A stretch of DNA of 64,000 bases, from assembly GCA_023458375.1 (NCBI GenBank), contig JAEWZT010000006.1, positions 85,931 to 149,930 on the forward strand. The letters are read 5' to 3'. Under the pieces are notes generated by a model. The model was given only the letters and a program-made list of their open reading frames with translations, searched no databases and was not told the origin of the DNA. The position numbers were made by a program, and so were the translations under genes. Positions 46,738 to 56,016 of the stretch are shown in pieces (within the stretch, counting starts at the first letter, position 1; each line of letters opens with the position of its first letter). Source of the DNA: Bacillota bacterium. Its GTDB lineage: Bacteria > Bacillota > Clostridia > Christensenellales > CAG-314.

Positions 46738-48153
46738 TTAAAAATTTGACATAAAATCGTCGCTTAACCCCAATAGGCGGCACACCTCTATCGCGTCTTT
46801 TGGCGCGGGTGAATTTAAGGATACCCGCTTTAAACCGTAATCCATGAGGCGCGAAATCTCTTTTAAGCCTATATTTTGCCCCTTAACGCCCTCTTGTCTT
46901 AGTCCGCCCGTTTGATAATGGGCGGCGGCGTAAGGCGCTACGTTGTCGTAGTGCGTCGTCAAAAGCGCATAAAGCTCGGGCGTTTTGTTAAGCGTTTTTA
47001 CTACGGCGGCAAGTATTTTTTCCCCCTCGGCAGCGTTGGTTCCCCGCGCGAACTCGTCCATGACTACAAGGCAATTTTTGTCTTTAAACAAAGCGTAGCC
47101 GCCGTTAAGTCTTACTACGTCGCAGGCAAAGCCCGAAAGCCCGTCCTCCTCCTTTTCACCCTCAAAGGGAAGATAAAAATAGCCTTCAAACAAAGGTGAA
47201 GAAAAACTTTCCGCAAAAACATAAAAGCCGAACTGCATAAGCAGGCAGTTGACAAGCAGCGACTTTAACGCCACCGTTTTGCCCCCCATATTCGCGCCCG
47301 TAAGCACCGTCGCGCCTTTTTCAATTTCAATGTCAAGGGGAGTAAACTGTCCGCCCGCTTTTTCAAGCCTGTCTTTGATATGGGGAAGAATCATTTGCTT
47401 TGCCGCGATGTTTTCTTCAACAATTTGCGGGCGGGCGCAATGGTATTTTGTTGCCAACTCTGCTTTTGCAAGCAGCAAATCGTAAGCGCCCAAAAGTTTG
47501 TAGTTAAAAAGCATATCCTCTTTATATGCTTCCAGTTCGTCGCACATTTGCTTTAAAGCATCTCCTTCAAGCTCTTTTTCTTCCGCCCAAAGCTTGCCGT
47601 GAAGGGCAAGGCACTCTTCCCTTTCACTTCCTTTTAAAGTTTTTAGTTTTGCGTCAAGTATTTTCTTTTGTTCCCTTACGCTTTTTAGCTGCGGGCGCCC
47701 TTTGCCGCTTATAAAAAATACTTCCGCCCTCAGCCCTTCGGGGTCTAAAATGAGAAGGGGCATTTTAACGTCTTTTAGTTTATCGTGGCTTTTAAAGGCG
47801 CACGTTTGTCTAAGGGAACTTATCAAAGGCAACATTTTTTCGCATGTCAGCAAAAACCGCTTGATTTCAAACAGTTCCACCTCGTCAAGCAAGCCGCCGC
47901 ATTTTAAAAGCGTTTTTTCAATTACGCGCGTTTGCATCAAAAGAAAGGAAACGTCCTTTCTTATTTTTGCCGTCTGCGGATAATTTTCTATAAGCGTGCC
48001 GATATCTTGCAAATAATCCCTTAGTTCTTCCTCCTCTCCCTTTAAAAACGGTTTTAAGGTAAGTTTTTCGCCCAAAGGAGAATTAAAACTCAATAAATTT
48101 AAGCAATAAGTAAAGCCGCATATTTTTTGCTGCTCTTGCGTTAAGTTAATCAT
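46738..48153 (-). CDS. MutS-domain-V-like ATPase (probable lysine 5,6-aminomutase reactivase component)
   Basis: Walker A GANMGGKT, Walker B VVMDEFARGT and a TTH motif typical of the MutS ATPase domain. There is no mismatch-binding N-terminus. ATG at 48153. Confidence 0.6.
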   Translation of the reverse strand: MINLTQEQQKICGFTYCLNLLSFNSPLGEKLTLKPFLKGEEEELRDYLQDIGTLIENYPQTAKIRKDVSFLLMQTRVIEKTLLKCGGLLDEVELFEIKRFLLTCEKMLPLISSLRQTCAFKSHDKLKDVKMPLLILDPEGLRAEVFFISGKGRPQLKSVREQKKILDAKLKTLKGSEREECLALHGKLWAEEKELEGDALKQMCDELEAYKEDMLFNYKLLGAYDLLLAKAELATKYHCARPQIVEENIAAKQMILPHIKDRLEKAGGQFTPLDIEIEKGATVLTGANMGGKTVALKSLLVNCLLMQFGFYVFAESFSSPLFEGYFYLPFEGEKEEDGLSGFACDVVRLNGGYALFKDKNCLVVMDEFARGTNAAEGEKILAAVVKTLNKTPELYALLTTHYDNVAPYAAAHYQTGGLRQEGVKGQNIGLKEISRLMDYGLKRVSLNSPAPKDAIEVCRLLGLSDDFMSNF

Positions 48154-49213
48154 AAAATTTACCTCTCGTATCAAAAAGGGGCAAATTGGTTTTTGCCTTT
48201 AAATCATCCGCAAATTTGTTTGCGTCAAGTATATACCCCTCTACGGAATAAGGGTTTATGGCGACCGCCGCTAAATTAACGCTTTTTTTGACTGCGAAAA
48301 ATACGCCCGATGCCTTAGCCCTGTAAAAAATTTCTTTGGAAAGCATTATTTTACTGCTGTCTTCAGCAATGACAGTTAACGGCTTTTTGCCCTTAGCTTT
48401 AATCAACGGCATAAGTGCGCCGTCGGTAAGCGCCCCCTCAATTTCGACAATTTCTTTTTCTTTTATTTTATTCAAAATTTTTTTATTATTATCGGCGCGG
48501 GACAAACCGCTTTTTGCGCTTGAAGTTGAGGCTAAACACCCTTTCGGGGCGAAGGAAAAGTCCTTTTGTTCTTTGTAAAGCTCTCCGCTTGGGTTTTTTA
48601 TAAAAGACAAAGGCAAGCCTGCCTTGTCAATGTTTTCTTCCGCCAAAGGCAGCGTCAAAATGTCAATGTTAAACAGCGTTTCTTCAATTAAAGCGTCATA
48701 GCTAATTGAAGAACCTGCCCCCGCCACAAGCAGGCAGGCGTCGCTTAATTTCGCGGTAATTAAAGAGCGGCGGGAAAGCGCGCCGTCTATCAGCACTTTT
48801 TGGGCGCCTTTGTCAAAAAAAATATCTTTTAAACCTGCCAGCTGAGACGTAATTGAAGGTCCCGCCAAAATAACTTTACCCCCGGACAGCGCCCTGCATA
48901 CCGCCACTACCCCCAAGGGCGTATAAAAATCCGTTACCGCAATAATTTCTTTGGTTGCAGTGCAAAGCGGCAGAAGTTCTTTTGCAGTCGCGAAAAGCAT
49001 ACCGCTTTTTACGTATATTTGCGGCTTGTCGGTGCCGGACAAAACGTCAACTTTTTCGCCGTCAAGCCCTATGGAAGTAATCGCCAAAGGTTCGCAGTTT
49101 TCCCTCTCAAACCCATCAATTAAGGTGTTGAGCAGCGTGGTCTTTCCCGCATTTTTGCATATTCCCGTAACGGATAGGCACTTATATGAAGATAAAAGTT
49201 TTGCAAGCGTCAT
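48146..49213 (-). CDS. P-loop protein (GICKNAGKTT), probable partner of the MutS-like ATPase
   Basis: 355 aa with an N-terminal P-loop. It overlaps the downstream gene by 8 nt, consistent with translational coupling. Confidence 0.45.
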   Translation of the reverse strand: MTLAKLLSSYKCLSVTGICKNAGKTTLLNTLIDGFERENCEPLAITSIGLDGEKVDVLSGTDKPQIYVKSGMLFATAKELLPLCTATKEIIAVTDFYTPLGVVAVCRALSGGKVILAGPSITSQLAGLKDIFFDKGAQKVLIDGALSRRSLITAKLSDACLLVAGAGSSISYDALIEETLFNIDILTLPLAEENIDKAGLPLSFIKNPSGELYKEQKDFSFAPKGCLASTSSAKSGLSRADNNKKILNKIKEKEIVEIEGALTDGALMPLIKAKGKKPLTVIAEDSSKIMLSKEIFYRAKASGVFFAVKKSVNLAAVAINPYSVEGYILDANKFADDLKAKTNLPLFDTRGKFYD

Positions 49214-49735
49214 GTTATTTTTACCTTATTTTTATTATAGCATATTTTTAACCCAACTGCTCTACCGTTTAGACGATTTCAAGATTACAACATATTGTGG
49301 CAAAACATAAAATTGCTGCTTTAACTTACAAAAAAATGAATTATCTAAATGGACGAAAAAATAAAACCGCCGCCGTTGACGATGGAATCTTCCAACCGCC
49401 AAACAGCAACATAAAGGCAGTATAAAGCGTTGGGTATTACGACTTACAACCATTTGTCGGCGGCAAAAATACAAAAAAGTCAATCTGCCCTAACGATTTA
49501 TAGGCGGCAGAATACAGCTATGATATTGTCCGTTTACAAAAAAAACGAAAAAGGCAATATTTTGAAATATATATGTTAAGTCTGGCAAGGACGGCAAGGA
49601 TGATGCCTTGCGCCGTTTTCCAAAAAGACTGGGCAGTATAAAAAATTATTTCAAAATATTAAAAGGAATATATGCGGCTTGCCCTTTTACCTATGTATTG
49701 CTGTTTGCATTTAATTAATGTTGCCGCAACCTGCG

Positions 49736-50755
49736 TTAAAGCTTATCGCTTGTTATTTCACCGCGCAGATTTTTTTCCATCATAGCTGCCAGACTTTCCC
49801 CCTCAAAACCGAGCGAAAGCAAATGGTAAAGCTTGCATACCGCGCTTTCCGCCGTCATATCAAAGCCGCTTATAGCGCCAAAATCTTTAAGCGTTGAGGA
49901 AGCCTCGTAAAGACCCAAACGCGCGTTGCCTTGCAGGCACTGCGTAACTATGACTATCGCCGTGCCGTTTTCCTTTGCCTTTGCCAAAAGCCTTGTCAAG
50001 CCGTTGTCCCCCTGCGGCACGTTGCCCGAACCGAAAGCTTCCAAAACAATTCCTTTCAGTTCAGGCTTTAAAATATTTTCAAAAATATCAAACTGTATGC
50101 CGGGAAAAACTTTCAGCACCGCAATAGGAAAAGCTTCGAAGGGATGAAAAGAAAAAGCTTGCGCGCTTCTTTTCAACAAATATTTTTTGTTAATTCTCAC
50201 CTTGCCATCCCTCTTCCATTTGGCAAGGGGGGCAAAATTAGGGGAAGCAAAGGCGGCGAGCGCGTCTGCGGATACCTTGGTAGCTCTGTTGCCGCGAAGC
50301 AGCGTTCCGCCAAAACACACGCAAACTTCCTTTAAGCTTTTGTGCGCGGCAAGGCGGAAAGAGTAAATCAAATTTTCGCCCGCATCGCTGTTGCTTTCGC
50401 AGAAGGGAATCTGCGAACCTGTCAAGATTACGGGCTTGTCAAGCCCCTCAAACATAAAGCTTAGCGCCGATGCGGTATAGCACAGGGTGTCCGTGCCGTG
50501 CAGCACAACAAAGCCGTCGTAATCTTTATAATTTTGAAAAATGACCGACCCTATTTCATTCCATTGCGCCAAAGACACATTGCTGCTGTCTAAAATGACG
50601 GGCAGCTCAATAAGGTGGTATTGAGGCATCCCCTCCCCATTAAGGGGGGCAAATTTTTGCAGTTCCGCCGCAAAGAAACCTTTTTTTGTGGCGTAACCGC
50701 GGCTGGTCTTTGTCATACCTATTGTTCCGCCGCTGTGGATAACGCATATTTTCAT
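49736..50755 (-). CDS. ansA: L-asparaginase, type I
   Basis: MKICVIHSGGTIGM (catalytic TGGT-like), HGTDT and a C-terminal domain. Start at 50755. Confidence 0.85.
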   Translation of the reverse strand: MKICVIHSGGTIGMTKTSRGYATKKGFFAAELQKFAPLNGEGMPQYHLIELPVILDSSNVSLAQWNEIGSVIFQNYKDYDGFVVLHGTDTLCYTASALSFMFEGLDKPVILTGSQIPFCESNSDAGENLIYSFRLAAHKSLKEVCVCFGGTLLRGNRATKVSADALAAFASPNFAPLAKWKRDGKVRINKKYLLKRSAQAFSFHPFEAFPIAVLKVFPGIQFDIFENILKPELKGIVLEAFGSGNVPQGDNGLTRLLAKAKENGTAIVIVTQCLQGNARLGLYEASSTLKDFGAISGFDMTAESAVCKLYHLLSLGFEGESLAAMMEKNLRGEITSDKL

Positions 50756-50944
50756 TTTGACAAAATATCCTCCCGTCAAGCAAAAACAGTATATATTATT
50801 TTCCTCTGCCCTGTCAATATCGGCGGCAAAAAATGCTTTTTTAGCGCGGCAAACAAATATAATTTTTATAACGCTTAGAAAAAATATTCCGCAGCCTTAA
50901 AAGTTTTTGCCGCAAGCTCATTGCTGGTTAAAAATCTAACGCGC

Positions 50945-50985
50945 GGCAAAAAATACCGCGCCCTTGCATTGGCAAAAGGGCGCGG
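50945..50985 (-). terminator. intrinsic terminator ending the four-gene operon
   Basis: The minus strand reads CCGCGCCCTT-ttgccaatgc-AAGGGCGCGG followed by TATTTTTTG. Confidence 0.75.
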
Positions 50986-51122
50986 GGTTATATGCGGACT
51001 ATCAATAGGCACATTTCGTGCAATTATAACGCGTATGTAGTTAAAGCGTAAAAAGGTTTTTATTTAACCAAATAATACCTGTTTTAATTGGCTTTAACTG
51101 CGTTTAATGCTATGCGGCATTT

Positions 51123-51980
51123 TTACGAGGGAACTTCAAGATAAATCCTTATAAGGGGAAGTTTAAACGCAACCCCGCTGTAAGAGTTATATTCCGCCCA
51201 TGTCAAGTCCGACTGCGTCAAACCAGCGCCCCCTTGTGAAAGGGGCTTAATAAGGTTTTCATAGGGTTCAAAGGTAAAAATCATATAAAGATCAAGCTCG
51301 TTTTCGCCGCTTACGCTGTTAAGCATAACGCCCTCAATCAAGTTGATAATTTCAGCAAAAATCCTGTCGTCGCTGTTGCTCGATTCTTTAAACTCAACGT
51401 CCTTTAAAACGCTGGCAAAATAGATTTTGACCGTTTGGCTATCGTCGCCGCCCACCTTTACAGTTACCGACATAACCCTGAGATATTGCATAAAGAGGTC
51501 AAAATCGGCGCCCGTAAGCCCGCCGTAAAGCGGCTCGTCCTCTTCCCCCTCTGCGCCCGCCATTAAAAAAGATGTGTCGTAGCCCATTAAAGAAAGCCTA
51601 ATTACGTTACGCGCGTCAGACCTGTTTATAATCGTAAACTTAAAGGTGTGCTTTTGAGAGGGCATCAGGTCTGCCATTTGCATAGAAGTTTTAACTTCGG
51701 CGGCTTCCTGCCCCGTTACATACATGGGGTTTCCCTCTAACTCTTGATACTTATATCCTATTACGGTTACCCCGTCGTCGCCCAACAACGGGTCAAGGTT
51801 TCCGTCATAATTTCTGTCAACGCCCTTTGAAAGAGTGATTACCGAGTCAATTTTGGCAATTATCAACTCTGCGCCCCCCATTGAGTCGTAAATTACAAAC
51901 CATGCAAATACGGTGCCGATAAGCAGCATAAACGACGCCGCAAGCAATGCTATTAAACTGATTATCCTGCTTTTTTTCAT
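51123..51980 (-). CDS. secreted TasA/camelysin-like protein (gene 4 of operon)
   Basis: 285 aa. The N-terminus is MKKSRIISLIALLAASFMLLIGTVFAWFVIYDS, with a GT-x-FA-x-F end like SipW-class signals. The body is beta-rich (HTFKFTIINRSD). Confidence 0.55.
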   Translation of the reverse strand: MKKSRIISLIALLAASFMLLIGTVFAWFVIYDSMGGAELIIAKIDSVITLSKGVDRNYDGNLDPLLGDDGVTVIGYKYQELEGNPMYVTGQEAAEVKTSMQMADLMPSQKHTFKFTIINRSDARNVIRLSLMGYDTSFLMAGAEGEEDEPLYGGLTGADFDLFMQYLRVMSVTVKVGGDDSQTVKIYFASVLKDVEFKESSNSDDRIFAEIINLIEGVMLNSVSGENELDLYMIFTFEPYENLIKPLSQGGAGLTQSDLTWAEYNSYSGVAFKLPLIRIYLEVPS

Positions 51981-51984
51981 TTTT

Positions 51985-52779
51985 TTATTTATTGACGGCG
52001 GTAATTACAATGCGCCCTATCTTAAACGCTTTTTCCGACAGCTCTTTAACGCCGTTTACGCCGTCAATCTGTTTAGTGTCAAACGTAAGCCTAAAATGCA
52101 GCGTAAGCTGACTTTCCTCGTCGTTCCATTCTTTTCCGGAAATGATAATAAAGCTTTTAAGGCTGAAAAACTCGCCGCCGCCTGTTATTTGGGGGTCGTC
52201 GCCTGCGTTCGCATAATTGTCAAGCCAAATATTTTCGCCCATAGCGCCGTTTTGGTCAAAAAGGTTGACGCGGTAAACTGTCAGCACAGAACTATATCCT
52301 TCGCCGCATGCAAACATATCTCCCGTAAGGTTTTCAAAGCGCAAATCAACGGAAAAATCCGCATTTGCGGCGTCTGTTTTGTTTAGCGGTATATAAAAGT
52401 CTACGCTTTCACCGGGCCAAAGCCCTTTAATTGAAAAGGGCTTTTTATTTTGGTCGCCGTCGAGCACAAACTCCCACTTGCCTTTCGCCGCATTGTAGGC
52501 AGATTCATAATATACGCCGTCGCCGTCCCTTTGAAAATAAATTGTCGTTTTATTTCCCTCAAAACCTCTTTCTATATAAATGAACTCGTCTATATCTATT
52601 TGCGCGCCATTGGCGCTTAGGGAAATGCCCTTTGCGTCGTTGTCAAGGCTTAAAGCATACCAAGAAAAAACAACGGAAAAAAGCGCCGCAAAACTTAACA
52701 CAAGCGCGATTGCGGTTTGCAGTATGTGCGCCGTCTTTTTTGCTTTTTGTTTTTTGTTGCTCACAATTTCTTTTTCCAT
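51985..52779 (-). CDS. secreted TasA/camelysin-like protein (gene 3 of operon)
   Basis: 264 aa. It has a basic N-terminus, a hydrophobic helix ending VVFSWYALSLD, and LWPGESVDFYIPL resembling the PGD strand of the M73/TasA family. Confidence 0.55.
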   Translation of the reverse strand: MEKEIVSNKKQKAKKTAHILQTAIALVLSFAALFSVVFSWYALSLDNDAKGISLSANGAQIDIDEFIYIERGFEGNKTTIYFQRDGDGVYYESAYNAAKGKWEFVLDGDQNKKPFSIKGLWPGESVDFYIPLNKTDAANADFSVDLRFENLTGDMFACGEGYSSVLTVYRVNLFDQNGAMGENIWLDNYANAGDDPQITGGGEFFSLKSFIIISGKEWNDEESQLTLHFRLTFDTKQIDGVNGVKELSEKAFKIGRIVITAVNK

Positions 52780-55700
52780 TATTCACCCGTGCCGTCACTT
52801 AGCCTAGTTACGCTAAACTTTGCGGAAATGGAAATGGGTATCCATTCGTAATCGGCGCTGAAAATACTGCCGCCCGTTTGCAGATAGGCTTCGTAGCTGT
52901 AAGTCATTGTAAATTCCGTAGCGGTATACGCGCTGCCGGAATAACTGAACGTGATACTCCAATACCGCAGTTTGTCGTCCTCGTAAGGCTTGGTTATGCC
53001 GTAGTCGGCGGGGTTTGTGCTTAAATATTGGTAAACCGTTTCAATAGAAACGCCTTGGGGCAGCACGTCCTGATAGACTATATTTTTCATTTTAGCGTAG
53101 TCCGAGGCGGAGCTTCCCCCCGTGTATGACTCGGTAGCGCTTATATGGTAAATCACTACCCCTCTTTCCAAATACAGCTGCTGATAAACCGCGGTATTTG
53201 TTGAACCCATCGAGCCGTAAGTGCTGTTGGATAAATTGGTCAAAACATCCCTTATCGCCGCCCAAGAAATGGTTGAGGTATGGCTGTTGCCGTAAGTGTA
53301 AACCACTTCAATGGAGGCAAAGGAAGCAAGGTCGGTAAAATCAAAGATTTTGTTGTTGCTTAAATCAAGTATTTTTAAGCCGCTTAAAGCCGATAAAACG
53401 CCTATAAAATCGTTATCGTCGCCTGTGGGGAAGGCAGCCGACGACTGCGCCCTGTCGTAAAGCCCGTTGTTGGAAAGATAAAGCTCTTCCAAACCCTGCA
53501 TTTGCGCGATATACTTTACCGCGTTTAGCAGTATAGCGGTGTTTGCCGTTGACGTTCCGATATCGTTTAGATAAAGCGCCTTTACGCCCGCTAAATATTC
53601 AATGCCTTTGTAATTGGTTATTGACAAGACGTTTGCGTTATTATTTATGGTCATTTCCTTGGTAAGCCAGCTTGTCATAACGTATTTTGTGTATTTGTCG
53701 GAGTTAAAACTGTAACTGTCGCCCTTTAAATTATAATTGTCATAAATCCATTTGTAAAACACGGTATCAATTACCCCTGTTTCATCCGTGTTGCCGTTAG
53801 TATAGACGGTTCTTAAAATTCCCGGCAAAATAAAGGAGCTGTCTGCGGCATCGTAAGAAATCCATTGCGTCATTCCCGTATAGTCGTAGGAGTTTTCCAG
53901 CTTTGAACCGAACTTATAATTGTATTTTACCGAAATATTACAGTCGGTTTTTCCGATTTGGTCTATGTCAATGTTAAACGTCCACTTTGCGTCGCCGTAG
54001 GCTATGAGTTGATTAAGTGTCAAGCCGTTTGCCGCAAGATGGGCGTCAAACGCGTCGGTATACGAAGCGTAAGAGCCTAAAAACAAGTCGTGGGCAACAC
54101 CGTTATAATATATTTGAAGCGTAATTGCGCCTTCGCTGTCGCCCGCTATATCGTAAACTACGGCGGGACTGCCCGCGGGGTAATACAGCGGCATATCAAA
54201 GGACAGGTAAGTGCTTGCGCCGACAATGCCCTTAAACACTCTGTTAAGGTAAATATAGTAGGGCAAAAAGGCGTGGATTTGGCTGTTGCCGCCTCCCGTG
54301 GTGTCGGGGTCATAAACAACGGGTATAGAAATGCTTACCCTTTCGTCCTCAAACTCAAACGTCGCAGTCAGATAAACCCTTTGCAGTTCGTTAGGGTGCT
54401 TGCCCGCAACGATATGCAAAATGCTTTTGTCGGCAGAAAAGCCGTAGGTGCCGTCAACGTTATTTGAAAGGTCGTAATCCACCGATAAAACGCCCTTGCT
54501 TGCAAACTCCGAAACATTGTAGTAGAGCGTTTGATAGGTATATTCGTTTATGCCCATTACCGAATCGTTGGTTATAACAATTTCGTTTGAATACCACTGC
54601 GCAATTATATTTTGCGCCACCGAATAATTGTCTTCAATGGTAATAGCCTGACCGCGTATGCGCAAGTCGCTGGTAGACAGTGTTTCCCCCTCCAATTGGC
54701 AGGTAACGCGTAAAAAGTTTATGTCGGCAGACACTGCAAAGATATAGGCGTTGCCCACCGTTCTAAAATATTCCCTTTCGCTTACTCCCCCGTCCATATC
54801 CCGCGTTGTGTCAACGGCGTTGACTAGGTCGTCTTGGTCAAAAACTTCGTATATAAAAGTTACTCCGCCCATCTCTTCGTAGGAAGGCAAGCTTATTTCG
54901 CCGCTGAAAGAGTAACCCAAAAAATCTTTTTCGCCGTCTCCGTCGGTGTCGTAATAACCTAGGTAATTTCTTAAATAATCTAAAACCCTCGCCCTTGCAA
55001 GCTGGACGTGCGACAGCGCGTCGTCGGGGCTTATCAAAATAATATCGTAGTCGTAGCAGGCGTAAAACTCGCTTTCTCCGCTTGAATTTATAAAGCTTAT
55101 GCGGGCGGTAAGCGTTACTTTTTTGGCTTGGGCGCCGTTAAAAGTTACTTCCCCCCTGTCGTTTATTAAATCGCTTTCCCCCTCGCTTGATACGCTGGAA
55201 TATTCAATTTTTAACGCGTAATTATGGTAGCTTAAAGGCAGGTCAATATTGCCCCCTATGTAGTAGCAATAGCAAATAGCGTCTTCTTCAAAGGGGCAGT
55301 AGTAGCTTGCGCTGTTAAACTTAATTCTGCTGTAATTGTTGCTTGCTATGTCCTCTTCGCTTCTCCCATCCAAAGCCAGAAAAACCTTGCCGTAGTCAAT
55401 CCTTTCTTTATCCTGCGTGTAGCCGCTTTTTAATAGACCCGCTATCATATAAAAAACATTGTAGGCGATTATTTTTTTGTCGGCGTTGATATAAACGATA
55501 TATTCGCTTGAATCAAGCGCGCTTTGCGACGCGTCGGTAAAGATAACTCCCTTTAATGCGGTATCGGCGTTGGGCGTGTTTATGTAAAACTTTGAAAAGG
55601 AATCGCTTTTTTGAAATAAATATCCGTTTTCTACCACAAAAGTCCCCATATAGTCATGGGAAACAGTTACGCTGTGCCCGTTTAAATAAAGGGTAAACCC

Positions 55701-56012
55701 GTTTAAATTGAGGTTAACATCGGCTGTAATCAAAAGGTTGGAAGTTAAAGTAATATTGCCCTCAAACTTAACCGTAACCCTTTTTTCGCTTATGGTGCCG
55801 TGAGGGTTATAGAAGGTATCTTGCGTCGCCTTGTAAAGCTGCTGCTCGGTATACACAGCTACGGTGCTTTCGCCGTCGTCTTCTACGGTTAACACGGGTT
55901 CTTTCCCGCTGCCTATGGGCATAATCTCTTGGAAAAAAGCGTAAACGACGGTAGCACAGCAAATAACTGCGACAAGTAAAAGCGATAAAGTTGCAACCGT
56001 CCTTTTTTTCAT
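52779..56012 (-). CDS. giant secreted protein with TasA-type signal and C-terminal LRRs (gene 2)
   Basis: 1077 aa. The signal ends ATVVYAFFQEIMPIGSG. An NLNGFTLYLNGHSVTV segment is paralogous to gene 1. Internalin-like LRRs are at about 53283..53621 (GIEYLAGVKALYL, LEELYLSNNGL, LKILDLSNNKIFDFTDL). No LPXTG motif. Confidence 0.6.
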   Translation of the reverse strand: MKKRTVATLSLLLVAVICCATVVYAFFQEIMPIGSGKEPVLTVEDDGESTVAVYTEQQLYKATQDTFYNPHGTISEKRVTVKFEGNITLTSNLLITADVNLNLNGFTLYLNGHSVTVSHDYMGTFVVENGYLFQKSDSFSKFYINTPNADTALKGVIFTDASQSALDSSEYIVYINADKKIIAYNVFYMIAGLLKSGYTQDKERIDYGKVFLALDGRSEEDIASNNYSRIKFNSASYYCPFEEDAICYCYYIGGNIDLPLSYHNYALKIEYSSVSSEGESDLINDRGEVTFNGAQAKKVTLTARISFINSSGESEFYACYDYDIILISPDDALSHVQLARARVLDYLRNYLGYYDTDGDGEKDFLGYSFSGEISLPSYEEMGGVTFIYEVFDQDDLVNAVDTTRDMDGGVSEREYFRTVGNAYIFAVSADINFLRVTCQLEGETLSTSDLRIRGQAITIEDNYSVAQNIIAQWYSNEIVITNDSVMGINEYTYQTLYYNVSEFASKGVLSVDYDLSNNVDGTYGFSADKSILHIVAGKHPNELQRVYLTATFEFEDERVSISIPVVYDPDTTGGGNSQIHAFLPYYIYLNRVFKGIVGASTYLSFDMPLYYPAGSPAVVYDIAGDSEGAITLQIYYNGVAHDLFLGSYASYTDAFDAHLAANGLTLNQLIAYGDAKWTFNIDIDQIGKTDCNISVKYNYKFGSKLENSYDYTGMTQWISYDAADSSFILPGILRTVYTNGNTDETGVIDTVFYKWIYDNYNLKGDSYSFNSDKYTKYVMTSWLTKEMTINNNANVLSITNYKGIEYLAGVKALYLNDIGTSTANTAILLNAVKYIAQMQGLEELYLSNNGLYDRAQSSAAFPTGDDNDFIGVLSALSGLKILDLSNNKIFDFTDLASFASIEVVYTYGNSHTSTISWAAIRDVLTNLSNSTYGSMGSTNTAVYQQLYLERGVVIYHISATESYTGGSSASDYAKMKNIVYQDVLPQGVSIETVYQYLSTNPADYGITKPYEDDKLRYWSITFSYSGSAYTATEFTMTYSYEAYLQTGGSIFSADYEWIPISISAKFSVTRLSDGTGE

Positions 56013-56016
56013 TTTT

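Noticed and set aside
49214-49735. Looked for a second L-box or a cobalamin riboswitch upstream of the P-loop/MutS-like pair
   Set aside because: Only an extended -10 promoter (TGcTATAAT) near 49235 is evident. No conserved riboswitch blocks were recognised in the ~500 bp.
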